This document shows, in pieces, positions 18,245 to 28,224 of a stretch of DNA of 64,000 nucleotides. This stretch comes from an uncultured Gammaproteobacteria bacterium (lineage in GTDB: Bacteria; Pseudomonadota; Gammaproteobacteria; Poriferisulfidales; GCA-002705445): positions 4,797 through 68,796 of the forward strand of contig CAJXAV010000002.1 of the NCBI GenBank assembly GCA_913050095.1, written 5' to 3'. Position 1 is the stretch's first letter. Each line of letters opens with the position of its first letter. A model generated the notes under the pieces. That model saw nothing but the letters and a program-made list of their open reading frames with translations, ran no database searches and had not been told where the DNA came from. The translations under genes and the position numbers were made by a program.

Positions 18245-19223
18245 AAATAAAAATGTTTTAGTTACAGGTGGTACTGGATTAATAGGTAGGCCGCTAGTAG
18301 ATCTTCTTTTAGAGCAAGAAGCAAAAGTAACAATAGTCTCTTTAGATCAGCCTAAAGATTTGTCTGACAAGGTAGTATTTAAAAATATAGATTTAAGAAA
18401 TTTCAATAATTGTTTGGATGTTTGTAAAGGGCAAGATATTGTATTTAATCTAGTTGGTGTTAAAGGATCTCCAAAGATGACTATGGAAAACCCAGCCAGT
18501 TTTTTTATACCCACAATTACTTTTTCAATAAATATGATGGAAGCTGCAAGACAATGTAATGTTGAAAGATATCTCTTTACAAGTAGTATCGGTGTTTATC
18601 ACCCAACAGATATATTTGTGGAAGATGATGTTTGGTCAACATTTCCTTCAGAAAATGACAGGTTTGCAGGATGGGCAAAAAGAATGGGTGAACTTCAAGC
18701 GCAAGCTTACGAAATACAGTATAAATGGGATAAAATATCTATAGTAAGACCAGCAAACGTTTATGGGCCGTATGATAATTTTGATCCAGAAAATGCAATG
18801 GTAATTCCTAGTTTAATTAATAGAGCTTTATCTGGGGAAAGACCTTTGACAGTATGGGGTGATGGCTCGCCTATTAGAGATTTTATATATTCAAAAGACG
18901 TGGCTTTAGGAATGATGAAGGTAATTGAAAAAGGCTACAATAAGCCAATTAATCTAGGAAGTGGAGAAGGTGTTAAAATTAAAGAAATTGCAGAAAATAT
19001 TGCTGAATTAATGCCAGATAAATGCGATTTAGTTTGGGACACCTCAAAACCATCAGGAGATAAAAAAAGATTAATGAGTACAGAAAGAGCAAAAAGTATA
19101 GGAATAATAGCAAAAACTCCACTAAAAGAAGGCATAAAGAATACTATAGAATGGTTTATAAAAAATAAAAATACTAAAGATATGAGATATAATGCTTTTA
19201 CAGATAAAGTATATAATAAATAA
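18231..19223 (+). CDS. GDP-L-fucose synthase-like NAD(P)-dependent epimerase/reductase (Fcl/WcaG family)
   Basis: VLVTGGTGLIGRPL; VYGPYDNFDPENAMVIPSLI resembles Fcl NLYGPxDNFxPxxSHVIPAL. Start chosen at the internal ATG at 18231; the longer ORF from 18156 overlaps hddA. Confidence 0.55.
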   Translation: MGFYKNKNVLVTGGTGLIGRPLVDLLLEQEAKVTIVSLDQPKDLSDKVVFKNIDLRNFNNCLDVCKGQDIVFNLVGVKGSPKMTMENPASFFIPTITFSINMMEAARQCNVERYLFTSSIGVYHPTDIFVEDDVWSTFPSENDRFAGWAKRMGELQAQAYEIQYKWDKISIVRPANVYGPYDNFDPENAMVIPSLINRALSGERPLTVWGDGSPIRDFIYSKDVALGMMKVIEKGYNKPINLGSGEGVKIKEIAENIAELMPDKCDLVWDTSKPSGDKKRLMSTERAKSIGIIAKTPLKEGIKNTIEWFIKNKNTKDMRYNAFTDKVYNK

Positions 19224-19225
19224 AT

Positions 19226-19876
19226 ATGCCAAAATTAGATAAAGTATTAATAACTGGTTCTAGCAAAGGTTTAGGAAAAAGCTTAGCGAAATATTTTTTT
19301 GAAAAAGGGCATGAAATAATACTTCACGGAACAGAAGAGAAAACATTAAAAAAAATAAAATTATCAATGTCATCCGACAGTTCTATTGATTATTACGCAT
19401 GTGACTTAAATAATTATCAAGAGATTTTAGGCTTAAGCGAATATGCGAAATCAAAAAAAACTAATTTACTTATAAATAATGCTGGCATGCATTGTGCTAA
19501 CAAAGATTTTTTAGATTTAGATATAAATTATATCAATAAAATTATAGATATAAATTTAAAAGCTCCAATTTTATTAACACATAGTATGATTGCTTTTTTA
19601 AATGGAATTATCAATATAAATTCCATGTCAGGCATTGAGACAAAAAAACTAAGATCACTATATGCTTCGACAAAGTGGGGTTTAAAAGGATTTTCAGGTT
19701 GCTTAAAAAAAGAATATGATAAAATAAATATTTTAGATGTTTATCCTTCAAGTATAAAAACAAATAGCACAATAATTAATGGCATGGAAATAAGCTATGT
19801 CGTGGATTCAATATATAACAATTATTATAAAAATATTAATGAATTAATACTTGATGGAAGAAAAGAAAATGTCTAG
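19226..19876 (+). CDS. Classical short-chain dehydrogenase/reductase (SDR)
   Basis: VLITGSSKGLGKSLA, NNAG, and catalytic YASTK. Confidence 0.6.
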   Translation: MPKLDKVLITGSSKGLGKSLAKYFFEKGHEIILHGTEEKTLKKIKLSMSSDSSIDYYACDLNNYQEILGLSEYAKSKKTNLLINNAGMHCANKDFLDLDINYINKIIDINLKAPILLTHSMIAFLNGIININSMSGIETKKLRSLYASTKWGLKGFSGCLKKEYDKINILDVYPSSIKTNSTIINGMEISYVVDSIYNNYYKNINELILDGRKENV

Positions 19877-20840
19877 CTCCGTAGAAATATCTATAATATT
19901 ATGTTCGAATAAAATAGATAATTTTAAAAAATTAATATCAAATATTGAGTCTACCGCAAAAAATTTATCTTCTATTGAGGTACTAGTTGGTTGTGATATT
20001 GGAGAAATATATTTTAAAGAATATTGTTCAAATATTAATACAAAATTAAAAATTAAGTATTATTCTATTTACGAAGGTGGTTTATATAATCAGCACCAAA
20101 TAATGTCGAAATTAATTAAAAATTGCGATGATAATTCGTATTTTGTTTTGGCTCTAGCCGATGATATGAAATTTGAGTCTGTGAATTGGGATGTCGAACT
20201 GCTTAAATATAAGCATTATTTTCCAGATGATATTTTTAGATTAAGGCTGGGATGGAGAAAGCATTTTAGCTATACCGACTATTGGCAGTGTATAAGTATG
20301 CCGGAAGATATTGATGTTTGTACAAAGAAATGGAGAGATTTAGTGGGTGATATACCATGTTTTAGTATTGATTCATTTAACCAGACTGTAATGTTCTATT
20401 TGGAAAATTTTGATAAGTTTAATAATAATTTTAGGGCCGCAAGGGATGTACCCTGCAATAATATAAATATGAGAAAACATATCTCACAATCTATTGACGA
20501 TCGATTAGTATTAAAAAAAATGTTAAAAGCATGGAGTTTTTCAGAAAGTCATAAGACACAAGAGTTGGCAAAAAAAATAGCTGCTAAAATTTACTGCGAG
20601 ATTATTAAAATAGAATATAAAATAGATGATTTAATTATAAAAAAAGGAAAGACATACACTATTGGTGATATAAAAGTACCTTACGGATTATCAAAAACGA
20701 GAATATTTTTTATAAATTTATATAGAAGATTATTTTATCTTGAATATGGAGGAGGTGGTTTTTTAAGAAGAATATCTCAGAAGACTATGTTTTCATTTAG
20801 ATGGTTAATACATATATTATTTAATTATAAATCTTATTAA
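19869..20840 (+). CDS. Uncharacterised GT-A-like putative glycosyltransferase, family A copy 3
   Basis: SIILCSNK...IEVLVGCD; LALADDMKFESVNW; YWQCISMPEDIDVCTKKWRDLVGDIPCFSIDSFNQTVMFYL; YGGGGFLRR. Start ambiguous among 19851, 19854 and 19869. Confidence 0.45.
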   Translation: MSSSVEISIILCSNKIDNFKKLISNIESTAKNLSSIEVLVGCDIGEIYFKEYCSNINTKLKIKYYSIYEGGLYNQHQIMSKLIKNCDDNSYFVLALADDMKFESVNWDVELLKYKHYFPDDIFRLRLGWRKHFSYTDYWQCISMPEDIDVCTKKWRDLVGDIPCFSIDSFNQTVMFYLENFDKFNNNFRAARDVPCNNINMRKHISQSIDDRLVLKKMLKAWSFSESHKTQELAKKIAAKIYCEIIKIEYKIDDLIIKKGKTYTIGDIKVPYGLSKTRIFFINLYRRLFYLEYGGGGFLRRISQKTMFSFRWLIHILFNYKSY

Positions 20841-21412
20841 ATTTTATTTTCTATAACTGCATTTTCAACAATTCCGCATATTAATTGTCCAATAGCAATA
20901 TGCATCTCTTGAATATGATTGGTTTCATTACTTTGAGCACTAATAGTGAGATCACTTATTTTTTTCATTTCTGAATCGTTTATTCCTGTTAATGATACAA
21001 CGTATATGCCCATTTTTTTTGCTTCTTTAATTGCCTCAAGAACATTTTCACTTTTTCCGCTAGTAGAAATGGAAATTAAAACATCACCTTTGTTACCAAT
21101 ACCTTTAAGCTGTCTTGAAAAAACATTTTCATATCCATAATCATTGCCGATAGCTGTGATCGCTGAAGTATCAACTGTTAATGCAATAGCTGGTAATGGT
21201 TTTCTATCAACTTTGTATCTACCCATCAATTCGGCAGCCAAATGCTGTGAGTCTCCTGCTGAGCCACCATTGCCACAAAAAATTATTTTATTACCATTTT
21301 GTAGAGACTGTATAACCTTTTCAGAAGCAGCTTCAATGTATTTAGACTGATTTTTTAAATGAATAAAATTTTTTGAAACTTTTTCGAAATAATTTTCTAT
21401 TATATTTTGCAT
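20837..21412 (-). CDS. gmhA: Phosphoheptose isomerase (SIS domain)
   Basis: NGNKIIFCGNGGSAGDSQHLAAEL and ISTSGKS motifs of GmhA. Confidence 0.75.
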   Translation of the reverse strand: MQNIIENYFEKVSKNFIHLKNQSKYIEAASEKVIQSLQNGNKIIFCGNGGSAGDSQHLAAELMGRYKVDRKPLPAIALTVDTSAITAIGNDYGYENVFSRQLKGIGNKGDVLISISTSGKSENVLEAIKEAKKMGIYVVSLTGINDSEMKKISDLTISAQSNETNHIQEMHIAIGQLICGIVENAVIENKI

Positions 21413-21487
21413 ATTAATATATTTTTTTTAAAAAAACATTATAGTACATTTAAATATTATAGCTAATATTTATTTATATCTATGTAA

Positions 21488-22486
21488 TTAGTTTTTAATT
21501 TTATAATCAGGTTTTTTTAACATGATAAATGAAATGCCTCCTAATAAGATACTTGCCATAGTAAAAATCACTCTATATGTCAGAAAGAAAATACTTCCAT
21601 AGGCTATATTGTTAAGGGTATGATTTTGTTCCAATATTAAAATAAAGAGATAATTAAACGTGCCTTCGCCAATACCAATACCACCAGGTGTTAGAGGTAT
21701 ATAATTTGCAAGTAAACTTGCAGAGGTTATAAAAGATATTATGTCAAAATTAATGAACAATATGTTGAGAATTTTGGCCATAATTAAGAAACAATAAATT
21801 AAAACACAATGATTTATTAAAGATAGTAACCAGCATAATAGAATAGAATTTTTTTTCTCTTTATACTTCTCTAGAGCATTAAGAATTTTAATAATAATAT
21901 TTTGAAGTTTTTTGATTTTAATTTTTATTCTATTTTCAAATAAATTTTTTATATAGTGTGCATTAAATATTATTGCCCCAAGAAAAATTAGCATTAAAAA
22001 AGTTATAGCAGTCAATATATCGATAATATATGACAATTGCTCATCTACAACTAATTGTGATGATATATAAATACCTGAAAATAAGCACAAAGAAATTAGT
22101 GCATGCATTCCTATAATTCTATCAACAATTATCGTCAGAATGGATTGTGTTCTGTAATCTTCTTGAATATATTTAAAAAGATACGTACCTTTTATAATAT
22201 CGCCACCAAAACCACCCGGCATAATACTGTTAAAAAAAACACCCACTGAATATAATAAATAGCTAATTTTATAAGAAATATTATATTGGAATGTAAGAAG
22301 TAATAACCACCATTTATAGGCACCTAAAATTATATTAATTGATATTAGTATAAATATAAAAATAACATTTGAAATTTGGTCTGTAAAAACACTTAAATTT
22401 GGGATATCTACTATATTATATTGTAGAAGAAAAAATATAATAATTATAAATAAAACTAATTTAAGTATTGTGATCGTAATTTTCAT
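21488..22486 (-). CDS. MprF-like flippase-domain membrane protein (lysylphosphatidylglycerol-synthase TM-region family, UPF0104), copy 1
   Basis: Polytopic. MPGGFGGDIIKGTYL and C-terminal IPLTPGGIGIGEGTFNYLF. Paralog of ORF 27210-28214. Confidence 0.5.
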   Translation of the reverse strand: MKITITILKLVLFIIIIFFLLQYNIVDIPNLSVFTDQISNVIFIFILISINIILGAYKWWLLLLTFQYNISYKISYLLYSVGVFFNSIMPGGFGGDIIKGTYLFKYIQEDYRTQSILTIIVDRIIGMHALISLCLFSGIYISSQLVVDEQLSYIIDILTAITFLMLIFLGAIIFNAHYIKNLFENRIKIKIKKLQNIIIKILNALEKYKEKKNSILLCWLLSLINHCVLIYCFLIMAKILNILFINFDIISFITSASLLANYIPLTPGGIGIGEGTFNYLFILILEQNHTLNNIAYGSIFFLTYRVIFTMASILLGGISFIMLKKPDYKIKN

Positions 22487-22634
22487 TTGTGGTATTTATA
22501 ATGTATTATATCTAAGAAAACTGCAATATTTTATAAATAAAATTTCAAATAAAGCAATATAAGGTATTAATTTACACATATATATAAAATAAAAATTTAT
22601 TAATAAGAGATATTTTTACTAAAATTAAATAAAA

Positions 22635-24629
22635 ATGATAAATAAAATAAAATCTTTTTTTCTAGGTTTCAAAATGTACTTTTTATTTCTACTTGTGCCT
22701 GCTTTATATATTGCAATTTGGCATTTTTTCGATAACAGCCTGCCTACAAGTGATGGCGGCGGTTTCTTCTTTAGATCTGTTACAAACTACGCAAATCTTT
22801 TTTTAGATAAAGATAATTTTTTTGAATCCGGAATTAGGTATCTTAGCGATATAATATGTTGCAGAGGCATGAAGCCTACACTGTTTCCTGCTATAGGCTC
22901 ACCTTTTATTCTTTTAAGTTTTGGGAATTGGGATGTTGCTTACGCATTAATGGGAATATTTTATATTTCTCTAGTTACAATATATTCATATTTAATCATA
23001 TTGGAATTTACGCAAAGAAAAAACTTCTCAATAGTCTCTGCAATAATTATTGGCACACTACCTGCTGTATTTTCCAACGCAATTGCTAATTTTGCAGAAA
23101 TAGGCTTGATAGCTTTTCTATTACCAGCTTTATATTATCTATATAAATCAAATTATTTCTCTGAAGTAAAGTATAGTAAATACTTTGCGATTTCTATGAC
23201 TTTAGCTCTCTCAATAAGACCAGTTCAAGGAATAATAATACTTATATTGCCAATATTTATTACATTAGTTTACGGGAGATTAAAAAAAACATTTTCAAAT
23301 GAAAATTTAATAACAATATTTTATATGTTTTTAATATTTATGTGCGTAATTCTATATACACCTTACCTCAGATATTTTGGAGAACCTGTATACATATCAC
23401 ATTTAAATAGCGGAACAAATATCCCGCAAATTAATTTTTTAACAAATCTATATTTTTATCTTACATGCGTATTTTCATTATTACTTGCAGTAAGTATTTT
23501 TATAATAATTTATACAAAAAAAATTAATACTTTTTATAAAAGCTTATCTTATAAATTTAGAAATTTTGAAAACTTTTTATTACCTACATTTTTGTTAATT
23601 TTTTCTTTAAACGCTCTTGTTTGGGCTTTTCAATTTAATGATTTACTAAATTGGGTTTATGGCGCAACATTTGGTTCTTCAGTAGAAATGTTGCCATCTT
23701 TAAATGCGAAAGCAACTTTTTTTCAAAAGATTACCCAAAGTATTAGCGCAAACGGATTTTATACGTTTTATTTCACTTTAATCACTTTAATTTTATTTTT
23801 ATTTTTAAACAAGAGTTTTCCTAAACAAAATCTCTATATAGGTATTTTGGTATCTTCACTAGTTTTTCCAATTATAACTCTTTTTGGAGCACAGACAGCA
23901 TCTGTGAGGTATGTCCCAGCTATTACAATAACTATAATAATATTTCTAATACTTTTGGGTAATCTTAAAAAATATTCAAAACTATCTTTTAGTTTATTGT
24001 TTTTATTTATTTTATTTAAATCATTTATATTTTTTGATCACTCAATAAATTTAAAATTTGCTGATGAAAATTTATATAGCTTATCTAATACAAAATTTTC
24101 TCCTAGTCTTAAAAATGTTTTTCCTATAAAGGTTGATCCGGTTAAAGATGCAACTCTACATGCGTTAGATCTGCTCAGGGAGTATCATAAAACCTATAAA
24201 TTTAATAAAGTATATGTAGATGGGTCTAGTAGATTGACAGGTAAATATGGACTTGACCCACATAAAATGATTAGTTTAGCAAGATTTAAAAATGCACCTT
24301 TTAGGGTTGGTGATGTAAACGTACCTAAATACAATGAAAATTCTTATAAAATGATAGAAGAACAAGGTTATGATTTTATTTTTTTAGCTAACCCACTTCT
24401 TCATGATGATGGATCAAATGATTATAAGGAGCATTTAGAATATAGATTTAATTGTTTTATAAATACTGATGATTGTAATATATCTCCAGGGTCCTTGGAC
24501 TCATTTAGAATGTACTTAGATATTGTTATTAAAATTAACAATGGAAAAATTAAAGATACAAATTGGGAGCTTATAGAAACTATTAGGCACTATAATTATG
24601 ATGTTTTCGTAATGAAACTAAAGAATTAA
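22635..24629 (+). CDS. Large polytopic membrane protein, GT-C-fold glycosyltransferase candidate (ArnT/PMT-like architecture)
   Basis: About 430 aa of TM segments followed by a soluble C-terminal domain of about 230 aa. First loop DNSLPTSDGGGFFFRS. No exact family motif identified. Confidence 0.35.
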   Translation: MINKIKSFFLGFKMYFLFLLVPALYIAIWHFFDNSLPTSDGGGFFFRSVTNYANLFLDKDNFFESGIRYLSDIICCRGMKPTLFPAIGSPFILLSFGNWDVAYALMGIFYISLVTIYSYLIILEFTQRKNFSIVSAIIIGTLPAVFSNAIANFAEIGLIAFLLPALYYLYKSNYFSEVKYSKYFAISMTLALSIRPVQGIIILILPIFITLVYGRLKKTFSNENLITIFYMFLIFMCVILYTPYLRYFGEPVYISHLNSGTNIPQINFLTNLYFYLTCVFSLLLAVSIFIIIYTKKINTFYKSLSYKFRNFENFLLPTFLLIFSLNALVWAFQFNDLLNWVYGATFGSSVEMLPSLNAKATFFQKITQSISANGFYTFYFTLITLILFLFLNKSFPKQNLYIGILVSSLVFPIITLFGAQTASVRYVPAITITIIIFLILLGNLKKYSKLSFSLLFLFILFKSFIFFDHSINLKFADENLYSLSNTKFSPSLKNVFPIKVDPVKDATLHALDLLREYHKTYKFNKVYVDGSSRLTGKYGLDPHKMISLARFKNAPFRVGDVNVPKYNENSYKMIEEQGYDFIFLANPLLHDDGSNDYKEHLEYRFNCFINTDDCNISPGSLDSFRMYLDIVIKINNGKIKDTNWELIETIRHYNYDVFVMKLKN

Positions 24630-24700
24630 ATATATTTTTATTTCCTAGTAAAATATTTATTAAGTACTATAATAATGATTTATAAAAATAATTTCTAATA

Positions 24701-26455
24701 ATGAGCAAAATTTTAGAGAAGATATTAAGTAAAGATATTTTTGTAATATCTTTCATATTCATATGCTTAATGATTGCGTTTGCTCCATCATATCAATTTG
24801 ATTATTTTCGTCATGATGATTGGGCTAGTGCTTGTTGGGATAGAATAGCAATTAATACACATCATTTATTTGGAAACGCTGTTTTAAACGAGTTCAGACC
24901 TTACACAATGATATTTATATATTACTCTGAACTATTTACAGAATATTTATCTGGCGCAAAAATCGTAAAGATTGCAACAATTGGAATTTTTTCACTAAGT
25001 TCTTTTTTATTATATAAATGGTTAAAAATTTTTAATATTAATAGCTTCTATGCAATATTTTTATCAATCGTTCTTTTTGTATTGCCGCCAATGCAAGTCA
25101 TGTCGTCAACATATCAATATTTTTTTATGGCAGCTCCAATTTTACTATGCGCGATAACATTTTCTATTCTTTGGGATATACAAAATAAAAATTATAATAA
25201 TATTAATTATGTGTATGGATTCATATTGTTCATACAGTTAATAACTTTTGCTACCTTTTACCCTGTATTTATAATATACACAATAATAATTTCTTCGTTA
25301 ATGTACTTTTTACACAGGAAGTATAAAAAAAATAGCTCAGATCAAAATGCAAAAATTTTTATGTATGTTTCTGCATTTATAATGTATTTCACAGCAATTA
25401 CAGCTTACCCACCTTCAGCAATGTATATTTGGTTTTTATTATCTGTACCGTTATTAATGTATTTTAAATCAGAAAAAAAAGAACTTATTTCAAATTTTGC
25501 TATTAAAGTATTTATATTTTCAGCATCTACAATGATTATATATTTCCTATTAGGCAAGTTTTTTGCATATATTTTAGGAATAGATACTAATCATGCAAGA
25601 GGAATGTCAATATCAGGAGATTTTGGAAAAATATTTTTTCATACAATTGATGCTTTTAGAATTACATCAAATCTTTGGGATATAAAACAATACTTTAAAA
25701 CAGGTTTATTTTGGGATAATTATGATATGTTAATTATAATTTTCTCACTTTTTTTAATTTCTTTATTTGCAGTTTATAAAAAAAATAATAATTATAAAAT
25801 TGGGTTTATAATTTTCATTTCTATTTCAAGTTTAGTTTTCTTTACAATAGCCCCACTTGTTTTAAGTAATAATGGTGCAACTATGTATAGATATTTAATT
25901 GCTTTATCTCCATTAGCAGGTTTTATTTTCTTATGGTCTATCTCTATTGTATATTCATTATTTCCTAAGATAATTTACGAAAATTATATTATAGGTTTAA
26001 TTTTATTAAGTTTTTTTATTGGATCAATATTTATGTCAAATCAAACAATATTTAAAAATTTAGTTGAGCCAAATCAATATGAAATGAACTATTTATCTAA
26101 TTTTTTAGATAAAGAAATTATTCCAAAAATAAAAAATAAAGAAAAAGTTGTAATTCATCATATTCAAGGAAAAGTAAATTATACTAAAAATAGATATTCG
26201 TTAGATGAATACAATGTATCAATGACGGTATTTAAGTGGCCCGTTTTACCCTCGATAGTAATGCTACTAAAGGACAAAGGAATTTATACGCAGTCAAGAA
26301 CATGTTTTCCAAGTAAATGGGAGCCAGATCATGGAGTATTTAATCTAAATTGGGGAAGCATAGAATTATTTACTAATATTGACTCATATAAAAAAAATGC
26401 ATCAAAGGAAGCAGATATTTTAATTGATATGGGTAAGCTAGATTTTATTGACTAG
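24701..26455 (+). CDS. Large polytopic membrane protein, GT-C-like glycosyltransferase or polymerase candidate
   Basis: About 440 aa of TM region plus a soluble C-terminal domain. First loop QFDYFRHDDWASACWDR carries a possible DD catalytic motif. Not obviously homologous to the 22635 ORF. Confidence 0.3.
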   Translation: MSKILEKILSKDIFVISFIFICLMIAFAPSYQFDYFRHDDWASACWDRIAINTHHLFGNAVLNEFRPYTMIFIYYSELFTEYLSGAKIVKIATIGIFSLSSFLLYKWLKIFNINSFYAIFLSIVLFVLPPMQVMSSTYQYFFMAAPILLCAITFSILWDIQNKNYNNINYVYGFILFIQLITFATFYPVFIIYTIIISSLMYFLHRKYKKNSSDQNAKIFMYVSAFIMYFTAITAYPPSAMYIWFLLSVPLLMYFKSEKKELISNFAIKVFIFSASTMIIYFLLGKFFAYILGIDTNHARGMSISGDFGKIFFHTIDAFRITSNLWDIKQYFKTGLFWDNYDMLIIIFSLFLISLFAVYKKNNNYKIGFIIFISISSLVFFTIAPLVLSNNGATMYRYLIALSPLAGFIFLWSISIVYSLFPKIIYENYIIGLILLSFFIGSIFMSNQTIFKNLVEPNQYEMNYLSNFLDKEIIPKIKNKEKVVIHHIQGKVNYTKNRYSLDEYNVSMTVFKWPVLPSIVMLLKDKGIYTQSRTCFPSKWEPDHGVFNLNWGSIELFTNIDSYKKNASKEADILIDMGKLDFID

Positions 26456-26524
26456 AGAGCACATATTAATTAGTCTAGTCCCATAGTTAAGATTCATCGT
26501 AGTTTAAATTTATAGTTAATTAAT

Positions 26525-27190
26525 ATGTCTATTGAACAATATATTGCAAAGATATTAAGAATACTGTTACCTGATAGTATTCTAAAATTTATCCCAACAG
26601 CCTATTATAATCTGAATAAATTTAGATATAAATTTTTTCAAAGAACTCTGCTGCAAAAGGAAACTTTTAAAGCAAAAAATAGAAGAAATAAGGAAAATTT
26701 TTTTAATTTGTATTGTAACGGAAAAGGTCTTGATGTCGGATATGGTGGTGATTTATTAATATCAAATTGTGTTGGATGGGATATAGAAGATGGTGACGCG
26801 CAATATATAAAAAAAATTCCTGATGAGGATTTTGATTTTTTGTATTCATCCCATCTTTTAGAGCATTTAGACGATCCAAATATAGCAATAAAAAACTGGT
26901 GGAGGGTAATAAAAAAAAATGGATTTATGATTTTGTATTTACCTGAAAGAGATTTATATGAAAAAAAGAAAACGTTACCGTCTAGATTTAGCTTAGATCA
27001 CAAACATTATTTTAAAATAGAAAATGATGAAGAGCCTGATACTATAGGTGTACTATCTCTATTAAAAAGGAATTTAAAAAATTATAAAGTTATATATTCA
27101 AAAATATGTGATGAAGGCTTTACAATTAAAGATCCAAATAAGCACAGTGATGGTGAGTATTCAATTGAAATTATAGTGCAGAAATTATAA
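26525..27190 (+). CDS. SAM-dependent methyltransferase (Methyltransf_11-like)
   Basis: GLDVGYGGD (motif I) and LYSSHLLEHLDDP (post-I). Confidence 0.5.
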   Translation: MSIEQYIAKILRILLPDSILKFIPTAYYNLNKFRYKFFQRTLLQKETFKAKNRRNKENFFNLYCNGKGLDVGYGGDLLISNCVGWDIEDGDAQYIKKIPDEDFDFLYSSHLLEHLDDPNIAIKNWWRVIKKNGFMILYLPERDLYEKKKTLPSRFSLDHKHYFKIENDEEPDTIGVLSLLKRNLKNYKVIYSKICDEGFTIKDPNKHSDGEYSIEIIVQKL

Positions 27191-27209
27191 TAACTATATT
27201 TTAAAAATT

Positions 27210-28214
27210 ATGAAGCACGCAAAAACTTTTGTAAAATTTCTCTTAGTGTTTTCTATTATATTTTTTATGCTGCATTTTAACGTAATAGAATTCCCAAGTG
27301 TAGATATTTTATTAAACAAATTTTCTCTATTAATAATATTAATTTTTTTCATTGCTATAACCGTTCATAATTTTGGATGGTGGTTACTATTAAAGGCACA
27401 ACAGTATAATATAACTTACCTAAAATCTTTATTAATATATATGGCTGGAACTTTTTTCAATATAATAATGCCGGGAGGAATTGGGGGCGACGCCGCAAGG
27501 TGTATGTACCTATATACACATGTTAAATCAGATGAAAAAACAGCAGCTTTATTTTCTGTAATTATTTCTAGAATAATTGGATTCCATGCGTTATTGTCTT
27601 TATGTTTATTTATAGGATTTTTTTATTATGAAAAAATAATTAATAATGATTCTTTGTTTATAGTTTATTTTTTAATATTCATAATCTTTTGCCTTTCTTT
27701 ATTTTTGTTGACTATCTATATGGTTTTCCATGAAAATATACTTATATTTTTTTTAAATATAAAAAAAAATAAAAATAATTTTTTTACAAAATTTGTCTGT
27801 TTACTTTTAGAAAGTTTAAATAGTTATAGAAAAAAAATTAATTATGTACTATACAGTTGGTTTATTTCTGTATTGAGCCATACAATTTTTTTATCATCTT
27901 TTTACTTTATGTCTATACAACTAAATATGAATTTTATAGGATTTTTTGAAAATACCGTTGTTGGTGGTTTGAGTTATATATCCAATTCTATACCGATAAC
28001 TCCTGGGGGTATTGGAATTGGCGAAAGTTCTTATAATTATTTTTATAAGCTTTTTATAAATGATAAAAATTATAATAGTCTAGTATTTGGTAGTATTTTC
28101 TTTCTTTCTTATCGCGTTTTATATTCGTTTGTGTGTATTTTATGTGGTTTATCATTTATACTTATTGGGAAACCTAAGGATAAATTTACCAACAAAGGTT
28201 ACAACGATTTCTAG
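27210..28214 (+). CDS. MprF-like flippase-domain membrane protein (UPF0104), copy 2
   Basis: MPGGIGGDAARCMYL and IPITPGGIGIGESSYNYFY. Clear paralog of ORF 21488-22486. Confidence 0.5.
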   Translation: MKHAKTFVKFLLVFSIIFFMLHFNVIEFPSVDILLNKFSLLIILIFFIAITVHNFGWWLLLKAQQYNITYLKSLLIYMAGTFFNIIMPGGIGGDAARCMYLYTHVKSDEKTAALFSVIISRIIGFHALLSLCLFIGFFYYEKIINNDSLFIVYFLIFIIFCLSLFLLTIYMVFHENILIFFLNIKKNKNNFFTKFVCLLLESLNSYRKKINYVLYSWFISVLSHTIFLSSFYFMSIQLNMNFIGFFENTVVGGLSYISNSIPITPGGIGIGESSYNYFYKLFINDKNYNSLVFGSIFFLSYRVLYSFVCILCGLSFILIGKPKDKFTNKGYNDF

Positions 28215-28224
28215 GTGTTTTTAT

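Noticed and set aside
24701-26455. Calling this large membrane protein a Wzy O-antigen polymerase.
   Set aside because: An ABC-transporter (Wzm/Wzt) pathway does not use Wzy. The protein is larger than typical Wzy and has a substantial C-terminal soluble domain, so a GT-C-like transferase is the more parsimonious call. This remains uncertain.
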